Assembly (NCBI GenBank): GCA_028279585.1
Contig: JANQNL010000123.1
Location: 2,808-66,807 of the forward strand
Reading direction: 5' to 3'
DNA: 64,000 bases
DNA from: Thermoplasmatota archaeon
GTDB taxonomy: Archaea > Thermoplasmatota > Penumbrarchaeia > JANQNL01
Shown here: piece after piece, positions 7,360-17,828 of the stretch
Numbering within the stretch: position 1 is the stretch's first letter
Layout: each line of letters begins with the position of its first letter
Notes under the pieces: model-generated
Databases searched by the model: none
Seen by the model: the letters and a program-made list of their open reading frames with translations, nothing else
Told to the model about the DNA's origin: nothing
Position numbers and translations under genes: made by a program

Positions 7360-10300
7360 TCATGAAGGACCAGAAGAATCATCACAACCACCTGCTAGAC
7401 GACCTTTCTCCAGAGCCCGTACCTTCCGTCCACGGTGACCTTTCGATCTACGGCGAGGACGCTCCTGATGAGGTGAAGGCAGATCGGAAGAAGAAGTATC
7501 GGGATATGATCGGGCGGATGTTCGGGAGCTGCGCTTAGGGCGGATCTTCACATAGACCTCTCTAGTTATAGCCGTTAGTATGATAGTTGCGAACAGTAGC
7601 CCTAATGCTACTGGAGCTATCATCAGTTCATCAGATCGCTCATCGTTATCAGTCGAAGTTGTCATTTCTTCTTTATTCATTATCGTGACTGGTATGGAAA
7701 GAAGAACGAATTGACCTGATGCCGATCTATGAACCAGAGCTATGTCTCCCTGACCAGACCCATCCAATGCGATAACCTTCCATGTTAGGACGAGTTCTCC
7801 ATTGACCCAGTGTGTCCTTCTATGTTGGATCTCGATAGAAATATTCGATCCCCTTACCTCCCAGTGGATATTATCCAGCACAGTCCCTGATGAGAGATAG
7901 CCAAGGTCAAATGGGACAACGATCTCTAAGCTCCTACCAACACTGAGGTGTATCGAGCTTGGTATTCCAATGGTATCAGCATATAGCCCACTCGATCTCC
8001 ACCAGTCATCCATGAACTTATCCCTGAAGAATCGAGAAGCTCCTTCGTGTTCTATGATAACACCAACCTCTCTGTTATGGATGGCTGATCCCTCAACAAG
8101 ATTGATGCTCGACACACAGACTTGAGTACTATCAACAATTATTCCCTTGGTATGAAGCTTGGTGAACTCCATGTCGGAATTGAACAGACGGGCTTGAAGC
8201 TCCAACCCTTCCATATGAGATACACCTTCTAACAATTTCACAGTATCATTGTTGTCCCACCCATCAGAAAGACCCACGTATGAATCATCCAGAAGGACCT
8301 TGACGAGAATGCCTCTTCTTGCAGCTTCTATCAAGGCGGTATACACGGGGTTCATAACTAGCTCGGACCCATCATCGGAGGAGAGATAGTATGTCGAGGA
8401 TGAGTCCCACCTGATTAGAGGATCTTGGAAGAATACTGGGTCCATCTGTAAGTTAGCGATGAGAACTTCACTCTCGGCGCTATCGAGAAGTGAAGGGATA
8501 GTTTCCCAGTTATACACGGAGTTGTCAGGTGATAGGATCGCAGTTGTGTTAAAGGTTCCAAAAAATGTTTCCATTCCGTCTATCGGTTTCTCGATCTCAC
8601 TGAGGTTCTCCAGTTCGAACCCCAGTTCCAGGTCAATGTCCGTGAGGGATATCTTTCTCACGTCACCTCGCTCTAGGTCAGAGTCCTCATCGAAAAGCTC
8701 AACAAAGAAGGATGCGACCTCTTCATCCTCGATCAGGATACCCCATCCTCGATTACCCCCATCCTTACCTGGTGGGAATGCACTATCTTTGAGATTCTCT
8801 GTTCCAATATGGACCTCCACCCCATCTCTGATAAGGTACTTGGCATGTAGATATCGATATCTTGTCATTACATCGATCTCATAGTTCGAATCGATGGTGA
8901 ACACTTCCGCTCCTGCATTGATCAGGGTCGCAATGCATGAGCTACCATCGACCCCCATTCCTCCTACAGGCGTCCCTTCAAGGAGAACTTTCACATCCAC
9001 CCCACTCTTCGAAGCATCGACCAAAGCGGAAGTAATGGTCCTTGAATGGAGCTGATAAACTGAAATGCGAAGGGTTTCGTTCGCTCGTTTGATGAGGTCG
9101 ACGATCGGGTCACATCCCACCTCAGGATTCGTGTATACCTTCAATCCACCGTTGCAGGAGGACTTATGGGGTTCAACGTGCGACCTGCCTGGTACCACGT
9201 AGGTTGGTGAAATGAAGTCACTAGCAGAATCAGTATCCAGATAAAATGGAGCTTCTGAAAAGACCCTGTTTCTCCAAATACATCGTCCCTCGGAGCAGGA
9301 TGGAATCGGTTCTCCACACCATCCCACTGAAGGAGCAGATGCTTCTCCCCATACGATGGCATCTACAACCTTGCCTTCTCTATCATAGACGACAAGTTGG
9401 TCTCCATAGTTCGACAGCCGAAGGTCACCATCAACACGAACCTCATCAGAGTTCTCTTCATAAGACCAAATGAGGTCTGGTTCTCGTCTCCATAGACCTG
9501 ATACATTCTGATGGTCCTTGGATATCAAGAACTCAGATCTTGCTTCTATCAAGGTTCCTTCCCCAAGTATTAGAGATCCATCAGAATATGAGTTTGAACT
9601 TGTCGCATCGGTTATTGACCAACCTGACAGATCCAGATCCTCTCGGGTCGGATTGTACAGAACGACCGCCTCGTCTGGCTCGTAAGGGATGACCGTATCA
9701 TAATAGACCCCAACGATCAGGACATCCCCATAAGATGATGAGATGCCATCCATCGCGGTCATGGACACAGATCGGTCCCAAAGGTCTTCGAACATGGACC
9801 GTGCCTCGTTAGCAACGGCCTCATCCTCGATGAGAACATCGATCTCTCTGTTGTTGAGAGCAGAGTTCTCTACCCAGTTCATGGACCCCACAAGGACCTT
9901 CTTTGAATCCACGACCATCCCTTTGTTGTGAAGGAGGTAGGACCTTGGTGCGATCCTTGCTTCCAATGGGATGCTTAACTCATTGGCCTTCTGATTGAGA
10001 TAATTGGCAGTCCAAATGTTGCCATCGATATCATCATCAGCGGTCCACCCATCAAGGAGAACACGAACGCTGACGTTCCTGGAAGCAGCATCGATAAGAC
10101 CGATGATGAAGGGGCTTGTTCCATCGCTCCATTCTACATCCATATCCAATGCTTCTATCTCGATGGAGTGTGTAGCACATCCTATCTGGGCCAGTACTCT
10201 GGAGACCAGAGGATCGGGGGTTGACATGATCTCGACCGAAGCATCGGGTGACGAGACGATGCATGCATCACCCTCTGTAAAAGTTGAACTGTAGGGGAGC

Positions 10301-13149
10301 GATTTCCACTGGTGGATCGGTGAGAACGGGATGACATCCGATCTATCTGGTTCCGAATCTTCATAGAACAAGGTTTCCAAGGAACCGCCGATCAATGGAT
10401 CATCGATCTCGCAGACCCATCCAACGTTCGAACCTCCAAAGGCAGCATACCCCCAGTTCTCTGACCCGATGCAACAGAACCTTCCATCAGCGACCAGGAA
10501 CTTCGAGTGAAGGAAGTTGTATCGATCATATCCATCATCGGTCATCAGAGATATGTTCGCACCATTGTTCAAAAGGACCGATAGCGCATCCATCTCGTTA
10601 TCTGAGATACCTCCAACAGGTTCACCTTCTACCAGAAGACTCACCTCGATACCTCGGTCCAATGCAAAAATGAGCTCATTGACAAGCTCTGTTGAGGTTA
10701 ACGTGTACACCTCTCCGATCAATCGGTGTTCAGCAGATTGAATAGTATTCCGAAGAGGTGTGATGGTCTTTAGCGGAGTTTGATAGAACTTGGTCTTCGA
10801 ACCAACTGTTGTGCTGACCGGACCCAGAGAGAAACATCCTGCTTTAGGAGTGAACTGCCAATCAATATCAGTGGAGGTATTGGTATCCATCCAACCCTGT
10901 TTTCTTTTCACAAGGTGACCTGTTCGGGGCGTTCCGATCGGTTCATCGTTCCATCCTACCACAGTTCCATCATTGGTTCCATAGACAATAGTGTCGATCG
11001 GCCTTCCCCCATTGTCATAAAGAGTGAGGTGACCATGCTTATTTGGAAGGCTGAACGATCCTTTGGTCCTGATCATGGCGTTCGCTGGTTCAACTTCTTC
11101 AACCTCGTCATCTGACCAGCTTGGATACTTTGTCCAATACAGGTCAGGATAGCTTCCAAGGACATCCTTGGTTTCACCTGGGTCTTGGGATACCACCAGT
11201 TCCTTTCCTGATACCAGGGACGTATTGTATGGAAACTCAATGATACCAGTTGAAGTTGACAACGTCCATCCTGCAAGATCGATCTGGTTCTCTCCAGAAT
11301 TGTTGATAATGATGTATTCAGAGGCGAATCCTTCTGTGGGTTGTATCAGCATCTGTGTGATGACAACTCCTTTTGCCATGGGCCTGGGTTCTACTATGAT
11401 CGTTCCGTTCCAACGATCGTTCGATGAGTTCTTGTCGAGCCACTTGGTCCCTTCGAATCTCATCAGTTCAAGGGAGAGGTTATGGCTTCCCAAAAGGCCA
11501 AGGGAAGGGACATCGAACATGATCGTTCTTTGGCCATACGGCCCTATGGAACTGACATGATCCACTTCCTGGTATTCCTCGTCGATACGTAGAACGACAT
11601 CAGATCCATCAGAAGATGATCCCCCCAGCTCCTTCACCTTGACCTTCACCTCAATCATATCCCCCTCTTCAATGATCTGTGGGCTATCCCACCCGCTTAC
11701 CTCAAGGGTAAGATCAGCTCCGATCATAGATGCATGAATGGGAAGTATCGCCGGAGGGTCCAGGTCAGTCTTGAACTCCATCCGTACTTCAAGGTCCCTT
11801 TGGTCTGGCCCCTCATTCAGATCAGGAGCATGGACCATCATGTCCAGATGCATGGTCGAACATGGATCAATAATGATCCTTCCGTCATCAGATGTTTGCA
11901 CTGAAGCCTCTATACTTCCCGCTCTAGGATTGAAAGAGATGTTCCATCCTTGGGATGAACTACTGTTGACATTCAGTTCAAGTGGGACCATCCCAACGTT
12001 CTCGACCTCTAGTTCCACGGTCGATGAATGTCCGGGCAGGACCTCGATAGCAACCATCTTCAGCACATGGTCCATCTCCCACGAGCATAGATCAGATGTC
12101 GGTGCAATGATCCTCCATCCTATGGGTGATGTTATATCCCAACCGCCAGTGACCTGCCATGGATTCTTTCCAGTCCAATCAGTGACAGAATCTGTATCGA
12201 CCCACTCATCGACCCGTGCGATCGAACCCCCCTCTGGGCAAAATAGGTCCTCTTCGGAGATCGTTCCATCCCATTCATGATATGGTCCCGGTCCATCGAT
12301 GGATGAGGAGTTTCCCCAGGCAACGTAGTCGATGACGTTCCCATCATGGTCCAAGATGGATAGATCATCGCCTGTGTTCGTGAGGGGAGATCCCCCATCA
12401 CCAGCATTCAAATGAAAAACACCTTCCATCCACCGACCGGTGGGAGTATCAGTTCCATCTGAGATGTGAACAAGGACCCTCTCCCTTGGTCCTAAGTTCT
12501 CAAGGTCTAAGTCCCATGGTTCTCCCTCTCCATCAGACACCGTCCATCCATACGTATCCACGAACTGGTCCTCATGGTTCAGTATCTCGATCCATTCCCT
12601 GTCAGTGTCTGATCCTTTCGGGTCGAACTGAACCTCTGTGATAACAACACGCGGCGGTAATCCATTGGTCGAGTTTGGTGTTGAGACACACCTGCTGGAG
12701 ATCCGTTGTCCACCATCGGGAACTCTCGCGATCGATAGGTTATCGAAGGACCTGTCGAAAGAGATAGTGTCCACATCTGCAGTTCCATTGTTCAACCATA
12801 CCTGGTCTCCAGAGTTTCCGAGGGCTATCTTGGTATCACGACGAAGGAGGACTAGATACGATCGGGCATCGATATCATACCCATCCAAGGAGTAGGTCTT
12901 CGAGCTATCATAGATGCTCCAACCATCCAAGGATACTGTTACATTGTTGGGGTTATAAAGCTCAATGAATTCGTCATATGCGTCTGCATCTCCATCCCCG
13001 TCATGGTCGAAGTTCGGGTCTGGTAGTATCTCATTGATCACGATGTTCAAGGAACCTGCCCTTGGAATGATCTCCTCTTCGATAGAAGTTACACACCCGA
13101 GATAGGGCATTGTCATTAGCAGAAGAACGAGAGTATATGCTATCCGCAT
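7360..13149 (-). CDS. Giant membrane-anchored surface protein (1929 aa) with four lamin-tail-like (LTD) domains and two PLD-superfamily catalytic modules carrying four HKD motifs. Putative extracellular phosphodiesterase/nuclease.
   Basis: Signal/lipobox-like MRIAYTLVLLLMTMPYLGC. LTD signatures VINEILPDP...DEFIELYNPNNVTVSLDGWSI, VITEVQFDP...EWIEILNHE, VITQMLIQP...EYIIINNSGENQIDLAGWTL, and EAVVLYNPTREDLDLSGWSI. HKD motifs LHSKFLVADG..GSENW (His codon 10507-10509), LHNKGMVVDS..GSMNW (9928-9930), LHAKYLIRDG..GTEN (8845-8847), and LHTKGIIVDS..SSIN (8152-8154). C-terminal TM at 7565-7624. Confidence 0.85.
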   Translation of the reverse strand: MRIAYTLVLLLMTMPYLGCVTSIEEEIIPRAGSLNIVINEILPDPNFDHDGDGDADAYDEFIELYNPNNVTVSLDGWSIYDSSKTYSLDGYDIDARSYLVLLRRDTKIALGNSGDQVWLNNGTADVDTISFDRSFDNLSIARVPDGGQRISSRCVSTPNSTNGLPPRVVITEVQFDPKGSDTDREWIEILNHEDQFVDTYGWTVSDGEGEPWDLDLENLGPRERVLVHISDGTDTPTGRWMEGVFHLNAGDGGSPLTNTGDDLSILDHDGNVIDYVAWGNSSSIDGPGPYHEWDGTISEEDLFCPEGGSIARVDEWVDTDSVTDWTGKNPWQVTGGWDITSPIGWRIIAPTSDLCSWEMDHVLKMVAIEVLPGHSSTVELEVENVGMVPLELNVNSSSSQGWNISFNPRAGSIEASVQTSDDGRIIIDPCSTMHLDMMVHAPDLNEGPDQRDLEVRMEFKTDLDPPAILPIHASMIGADLTLEVSGWDSPQIIEEGDMIEVKVKVKELGGSSSDGSDVVLRIDEEYQEVDHVSSIGPYGQRTIMFDVPSLGLLGSHNLSLELMRFEGTKWLDKNSSNDRWNGTIIVEPRPMAKGVVITQMLIQPTEGFASEYIIINNSGENQIDLAGWTLSTSTGIIEFPYNTSLVSGKELVVSQDPGETKDVLGSYPDLYWTKYPSWSDDEVEEVEPANAMIRTKGSFSLPNKHGHLTLYDNGGRPIDTIVYGTNDGTVVGWNDEPIGTPRTGHLVKRKQGWMDTNTSTDIDWQFTPKAGCFSLGPVSTTVGSKTKFYQTPLKTITPLRNTIQSAEHRLIGEVYTLTSTELVNELIFALDRGIEVSLLVEGEPVGGISDNEMDALSVLLNNGANISLMTDDGYDRYNFLHSKFLVADGRFCCIGSENWGYAAFGGSNVGWVCEIDDPLIGGSLETLFYEDSEPDRSDVIPFSPIHQWKSLPYSSTFTEGDACIVSSPDASVEIMSTPDPLVSRVLAQIGCATHSIEIEALDMDVEWSDGTSPFIIGLIDAASRNVSVRVLLDGWTADDDIDGNIWTANYLNQKANELSIPLEARIAPRSYLLHNKGMVVDSKKVLVGSMNWVENSALNNREIDVLIEDEAVANEARSMFEDLWDRSVSMTAMDGISSSYGDVLIVGVYYDTVIPYEPDEAVVLYNPTREDLDLSGWSITDATSSNSYSDGSLILGEGTLIEARSEFLISKDHQNVSGLWRREPDLIWSYEENSDEVRVDGDLRLSNYGDQLVVYDREGKVVDAIVWGEASAPSVGWCGEPIPSCSEGRCIWRNRVFSEAPFYLDTDSASDFISPTYVVPGRSHVEPHKSSCNGGLKVYTNPEVGCDPIVDLIKRANETLRISVYQLHSRTITSALVDASKSGVDVKVLLEGTPVGGMGVDGSSCIATLINAGAEVFTIDSNYEIDVMTRYRYLHAKYLIRDGVEVHIGTENLKDSAFPPGKDGGNRGWGILIEDEEVASFFVELFDEDSDLERGDVRKISLTDIDLELGFELENLSEIEKPIDGMETFFGTFNTTAILSPDNSVYNWETIPSLLDSAESEVLIANLQMDPVFFQDPLIRWDSSSTYYLSSDDGSELVMNPVYTALIEAARRGILVKVLLDDSYVGLSDGWDNNDTVKLLEGVSHMEGLELQARLFNSDMEFTKLHTKGIIVDSTQVCVSSINLVEGSAIHNREVGVIIEHEGASRFFRDKFMDDWWRSSGLYADTIGIPSSIHLSVGRSLEIVVPFDLGYLSSGTVLDNIHWEVRGSNISIEIQHRRTHWVNGELVLTWKVIALDGSGQGDIALVHRSASGQFVLLSIPVTIMNKEEMTTSTDNDERSDELMIAPVALGLLFATIILTAITREVYVKIRPKRSSRTSARSYPDTSSSDLPSPHQERPRRRSKGHRGRKVRALEKGRLAGGCDDSSGPS

Positions 13150-13290
13150 TCACAACCCCGGCTCCCGATGTACAGGCCCGGGTAATAACCCAGCGAGGAT
13201 TTCCGATAGTTATAGAATACTAACGCTATGCTATCAACCACCTGTTGCTCTATCCTCCAAGAGTAACCTACAGTCCCAGCAGAAGAGAGG

Positions 13291-13335
13291 CTGCACTCTC
13301 CCACAACTTCTTGCTTGGTCCATAGGAGAGTGCAG
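13291..13335 (-). terminator. Hairpin downstream of the 13365..17744 gene
   Basis: 11-bp stem CTGCACTCTCC (13291-13301) / GGAGAGTGCAG (13325-13335), about 30 nt past the stop codon. No clear oligo-T follows, so the call is weak. Confidence 0.25.
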
Positions 13336-13364
13336 TCTTTCGTCAGGAGAGCTATGCCTGTGGG

Positions 13365-13772
13365 TTACTCATACCCACCTTCCAACAGCTTCTGCACGTA
13401 ATCATCCACTTCTCGGATCGAATCCATGCATCCATCCCAATCCTTGAACTTCCCCGCCATCTCCTTGTCGATCTCCCTCATCATCCGGAGCAGGTGGTCA
13501 TTGAGCTCACGGTTATCCTTCTCGGAGGTTATCCCCACAACCGTGATGTGCTTGCCAGGCTCGATGAGGACTGTGAAGTCACGCATCTCCAACCTGCGCA
13601 GCGAAGCATCCCTGTCAGTGAACGACTCCTTGACGAATCCCTGAACTGCAGATAGCATACCGGACAGAATATCCCTGTCTATCTCTGAAGCAGAGGAACG
13701 AGCGTAATGGTCAAGGAGCACACCGTCCGTGGACATGATGAGGATCTCATCTATGTATGTGCCAAAGTCATC
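13365..13772 (-). other. Cytoplasmic C-terminal domain (135 aa), Roadblock/LC7- or longin-like by secondary-structure pattern
   Basis: DDFGTYIDEILIMSTDGVLLDHYA..DILSGMLSAVQGFVKESF..LRRLEMRDFTVLIEPGKHITVVGI..NRELNDHLLRMMREIDKEM..IREVDDYVQKLLEGGYE, giving a b-b-a-b-b-b-a-a pattern. About 76% identical to the tail of the neighbouring paralog. Confidence 0.45.
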
Positions 13773-16700
13773 CTCGGACTCATCCTCCTTCATGATCCTG
13801 GCCGGTGGTAGTGCAAGTATGTCAGTGTCAGCAAGCTGTGGGTCATCAGATGTACCAACAGCAACCGCATCTGGGACGACCTCAAGCTCGGGCATTCCTG
13901 AATCGTCATCAAGGGAAGGCTCCTCGAGCACAGGGATATCTTCGTCTGCAGGAACGATCTCTGCTTCGAGCGCATCCCCATCTTCAGCCTCGAGGTCCTG
14001 GACCTTTCCTTTAACAGCACCCTTGACCGGTTTCTCCTTGACAGGCTTCACAGGTTTGGCTTCCTCGCCCCTGTCCTTGGCCTTGAAGATATCGTCAGTC
14101 TCGACCTCAGCCTCAATGGCATCATCGCTGGAGAGGACCGGGCGTTGCTTCTTCGAACGCATCACCATCACGACGATGATGACTATGATGAGCAGCAACA
14201 AGACAACAGCAATGACCCCTATGATCACACACATGGTAGCATCAAAGCCACCGCCTCCACCATCGCCATCCTCTCCACCATCTGTGCTCACAGCAGGCAC
14301 AGAAACAGTGAAAGTGATCACAGTATCCTCAAGCCCATCGCTCACAGTGACGGTGACGGTATGGTTACCCACATCGTCTGAACCAGGTGTCCAGGAGATG
14401 AGACCATTTTGCGATATCGTCATTCCATCAGGGCCCTCGACCGAGTAGGTAAGATTGTCCCCATCAAGGTCGCTTGCCGTGATCTGGACGGACAACGGAT
14501 CCCCAACGCTTACTGTCTCGTCATTGACCGGGTTCACATCAGGTTTGTTGTTGACGTCCGAGGGCATTGTCACAGTGATCGTGAAAGCGTTATTGGCTGA
14601 CTGACCTGCAGCTTCAGCACGAACTGTCACATCGTTCACCCCGACCTGGTCGGATGTCGGTGTCCATGTGATGACACCGCTGCTCAACGTCATTCCAGTC
14701 GGCATTGTGGTTAGGCTCAGTGTTACCATATCGCCCTCCGGATCGATAACCTCTGGTGTCCAGGTCCATAACTCACCCACGACACCGGTCCTCGGTGCAG
14801 AGTTGTTGAAGTATGGTGGAAGATTGGAAGCAGGATCGATGACATCAATAACGAACTCGTGATAGATGGTGACCTTCCCGTCCGATGCTGAGATATTGAT
14901 GTGATAGGTGTTAGCTGTGGTCGGTTTCCAGATGATGAACCCAGAAGCACCATCAATACCAATATCTGACGAAGGTGTCGAGGTCAGTGTGTAGGTTGGC
15001 ATCTCACCAATGTCCTCATCCGTGGCGTTCACATCGAAGATGTAGTTGGTATCAACCAGAACGGAGGCGTCACCAGGAACGTCCTGCCAGAACGGCCTAT
15101 CGTTTGTGTTGACTACAGTCAGAGTGAACAACTGGGAGTTGGTTCCATTCCTCTCATCCGTCACTATGAAATTGACATAGTACGACCCGATGTCCGCCTG
15201 TGTTGGGGTTCCTCTGAAGCCCGGATTAATAGGATCTTTGGACAACCAGGTCGCGTTGGTATCGATTCCCCAATCCACGTTCTCCCCTTCAGGGTCTGTG
15301 ACGATGTAGTTGGAGACGTACTCGATATCCTCGTATGCGGTCTTGTTGTCTTCCCCAGTGATGACCGGGGGATCATTGGTGTCCAGGACCGTCAGGTCCA
15401 TGTTCACCAGGTGCATACCACCTTTTCCATCATCAAAGAGGATGGCCATGGACTGCGTTCCAACATCGGCCTGTGTTGGTGTCCCTGATAGCTCACCTGT
15501 GTCATTGTCGATCGTGACCCAGGTCCATCCTTCTGTTGTCATTGTGTAGACAGTAGGTCCATCCCCCTCATCCGTCGCTGATAGGTCGAAGGAGTAAGGA
15601 AGGTCCTCGTAAGCATCTGCGAGAGGTCCCCCATAGATGCTTGGTGTAGTGTTATTGACTGTGAGACCGAAACTGATCGAGTCCTGCTGTCCACCTGCAT
15701 CAGAGACGTTCACGGTCATTGCATAGTAGCCAACATCGATGTTCGTTGGTGTTCCTGAAAAGCTTGTGGATCCACCGTCCCAGCTCAACCATGATGCTGC
15801 AGAATTGGTGATGTCCCAGGTCAGGGATGGCTCTCCGCCGGTCACTCCAATGTCGAGATTGAAGGATGAGTCCTCCTGGGCATAGACATCTGCTGGTACA
15901 GGGTCGATCACCGGAGCTGGCCAGTCGATAGTGAATGGATAACTTGTCCCTGGCGAATCAACGCACATAACCCAGATAAGATCATCAGGATACCCTGCTA
16001 TTGTGTTCGATCCAGCCCGCGTCCAATCATCGATGTCAAGCCATCCAACGAATACACCCGATGTCATGGTTGTCTCATAAAGCTTCATTGTGAAGTGGTC
16101 TCCTAGATACGTGAGCCGGGAAACGTTGATCAATAGGACGTTTGCTTTTGTTGGTTCGTTATCTGCGCAAACGACCTCGATGTAAACACTGGTGTGCTGT
16201 AAAGTACTAGAGATGTTGGATCCAGCAGGACTATCTTTGATGGACATGTAATGGATGGTCGGTGCAGTGTTCGAATCTGGATAGATCAGATAGATCCTAC
16301 CCTCGTTGTCGAATGGGTGGTCATTGTTGGGTGCACCCACAAGAATCTCTGGCAGACCATCCCTGTTAACATCTCCATTTCCATCCAGTCCCATTCCAGC
16401 ATTGTCCCCACCAGTTTGACCTATGAATGAAGCATCACAGCTCCCCGCTATTGAACTGTTCGTTGCGCTGAACGTTGTGCTACCCAAAATTACGTAGACA
16501 GCACCGCTGTCAGTTCCTCCAGTATCGCTACCCCATGCTGACACCAGGAAGTCATCGAAACGATCACCATCAATATCTCCGCCAGCTCGGACACGTCCAC
16601 CTGCCCCATCATCAGCTGCATTACCAACATACGTGCAATCAGCTGTTGATAGGTTCACGTTCATCGTCCATCCAGTAGCCTTTCCAAAGATGATATAGAC

Positions 16701-17744
16701 CTTTCCATTGTTTGCTACCATGAAATCGAAGCCTGGAGCACCGATCCCGATATCTCCGTATCCATCACCGTTGATATCACCAATTCCATCCATACCTTCG
16801 GTTGCAGAATCTAAAGTAGCTTCACCGATGAAGGATGCGTTGCAGCTCGTAACGTTATTATCTGTCCCCCATCCCCATGGTCCACCGAGGAACAGGTATC
16901 CAGCTCCTTTCCCACCGAAGGAGTCTGGAGAGCCGATGATGAAATCATCATAATTATCTCCATTGACATCTCCAGCAGCCGAGAGAGAGTTCCCAAGGAA
17001 CTGGTCGTCATGTTCCCCATACCAGGAAGCATCGGCCTGGCTGATGTTTATGTTCATAGACCATCCTGATGTCTTACCTAGAACGAGGTATGCTTGACCC
17101 CTGTTCGGACCATGCTCGTCGTTGAGGATAGCGCCGATAAGAACGTCATCCAAACCGTCACCATTGACATCACCAACCCCATCGACCCGAAGACCAGCCA
17201 CATCTCCTGGGCTCTCCCCAAGATAGCTTGCGTTGGCGTAAACGGACAGGTTCATGTTCTTGCTCCATCCCATGGTCCTACCGAACACTAGGTAGACCTG
17301 CCCAGCATTGATCCCAGCTGTGTCATTTGCGAGAACACCAATAACAATATCATCCAGGCCGTCACCATTGACGTCCCCTGCTCCAGCGAACGATCTTGCT
17401 ACTTGGTCATCAGGCTGATTTGCGACCAAGGTTGCGTCAGCAGCATGGGCGTAACCAGGAGAACCATAGCTACCGCTTTGACCGAAGTACAGGAACAGCT
17501 TCCCTGCATCATTTGCAATGTCGTCGTTGTACATTGCAGAGGCCATGAAATCATCGTAGCCATCTCCATTGACATCGCCTACCATTGCGACACTTCTGCC
17601 AAGTCCATCCAACTGGGAATAACCTCCCCACCTCTCGTCCACAGTGTTCAAGTCTGTATCCTGTCCGTACAGAAGTGCACCTGTGGCAGTGGTCAAAAGG
17701 AGGAGAGTAGCAGTAATCGTAAGGATCGTAAGGAGGGTTCTCAT
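13365..17744 (-). CDS. Integrin-alpha-like giant receptor (1459 aa): 7 FG-GAP repeats, cadherin-like/He_PIG Ig repeats, one TM helix, an acidic linker, and a conserved cytoplasmic alpha/beta domain
   Basis: Signal peptide MRTLLTILTITATLLLLTTATG. Seven Ca-loop motifs: GDVNGDGYDDF, GDVNGDGLDDI, GDVNGDGLDDV, GDVNGDNYDDF, GDINGDGYGDI, GDIDGDRFDDF, GDVNRDGLPEI. Repeats of the form ...GTPT..DVG...V.D...TV.NTND.P. TM CVIIGVIAVVLLLLIIVIIVVMVM at nt 14161-14236. Confidence 0.85.
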   Translation of the reverse strand: MRTLLTILTITATLLLLTTATGALLYGQDTDLNTVDERWGGYSQLDGLGRSVAMVGDVNGDGYDDFMASAMYNDDIANDAGKLFLYFGQSGSYGSPGYAHAADATLVANQPDDQVARSFAGAGDVNGDGLDDIVIGVLANDTAGINAGQVYLVFGRTMGWSKNMNLSVYANASYLGESPGDVAGLRVDGVGDVNGDGLDDVLIGAILNDEHGPNRGQAYLVLGKTSGWSMNINISQADASWYGEHDDQFLGNSLSAAGDVNGDNYDDFIIGSPDSFGGKGAGYLFLGGPWGWGTDNNVTSCNASFIGEATLDSATEGMDGIGDINGDGYGDIGIGAPGFDFMVANNGKVYIIFGKATGWTMNVNLSTADCTYVGNAADDGAGGRVRAGGDIDGDRFDDFLVSAWGSDTGGTDSGAVYVILGSTTFSATNSSIAGSCDASFIGQTGGDNAGMGLDGNGDVNRDGLPEILVGAPNNDHPFDNEGRIYLIYPDSNTAPTIHYMSIKDSPAGSNISSTLQHTSVYIEVVCADNEPTKANVLLINVSRLTYLGDHFTMKLYETTMTSGVFVGWLDIDDWTRAGSNTIAGYPDDLIWVMCVDSPGTSYPFTIDWPAPVIDPVPADVYAQEDSSFNLDIGVTGGEPSLTWDITNSAASWLSWDGGSTSFSGTPTNIDVGYYAMTVNVSDAGGQQDSISFGLTVNNTTPSIYGGPLADAYEDLPYSFDLSATDEGDGPTVYTMTTEGWTWVTIDNDTGELSGTPTQADVGTQSMAILFDDGKGGMHLVNMDLTVLDTNDPPVITGEDNKTAYEDIEYVSNYIVTDPEGENVDWGIDTNATWLSKDPINPGFRGTPTQADIGSYYVNFIVTDERNGTNSQLFTLTVVNTNDRPFWQDVPGDASVLVDTNYIFDVNATDEDIGEMPTYTLTSTPSSDIGIDGASGFIIWKPTTANTYHINISASDGKVTIYHEFVIDVIDPASNLPPYFNNSAPRTGVVGELWTWTPEVIDPEGDMVTLSLTTMPTGMTLSSGVITWTPTSDQVGVNDVTVRAEAAGQSANNAFTITVTMPSDVNNKPDVNPVNDETVSVGDPLSVQITASDLDGDNLTYSVEGPDGMTISQNGLISWTPGSDDVGNHTVTVTVSDGLEDTVITFTVSVPAVSTDGGEDGDGGGGGFDATMCVIIGVIAVVLLLLIIVIIVVMVMRSKKQRPVLSSDDAIEAEVETDDIFKAKDRGEEAKPVKPVKEKPVKGAVKGKVQDLEAEDGDALEAEIVPADEDIPVLEEPSLDDDSGMPELEVVPDAVAVGTSDDPQLADTDILALPPARIMKEDESEDDFGTYIDEILIMSTDGVLLDHYARSSASEIDRDILSGMLSAVQGFVKESFTDRDASLRRLEMRDFTVLIEPGKHITVVGITSEKDNRELNDHLLRMMREIDKEMAGKFKDWDGCMDSIREVDDYVQKLLEGGYE

Positions 17745-17828
17745 AGGTTCACCCTAGTATGAATCTGTTATACCATACGAAAGGGTTGTTCTTATGGTTT
17801 TTGCTAAGTAATGGCTAATTGAGGTTCT

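Noticed and set aside
7362-7538. Plus-strand 58-aa ORF (MKDQKNHHNHLLDD...) preceded by GGGGGGAG 5 nt upstream. Its ATG overlaps the stop of the giant LTD/PLD gene (TCATGA at 7360-7365), and it lies exactly antisense to that protein's post-TM tail.
   Set aside because: The giant ORF has no earlier stop, so its tail must be translated regardless. A fully antisense-overlapping small gene is possible but cannot be supported from sequence alone. I treated it as a probable shadow ORF, though it is worth a look in Ribo-seq data.
13729-14448. Ser-rich 239-aa plus-strand ORF, plus similar ones at 17878..18543 and 40044..40589
   Set aside because: These are classic shadow ORFs, antisense to the Glu/Asp-rich cytoplasmic linkers and tails of the giant genes (GAx codons read as xTC/Ser on the other strand).
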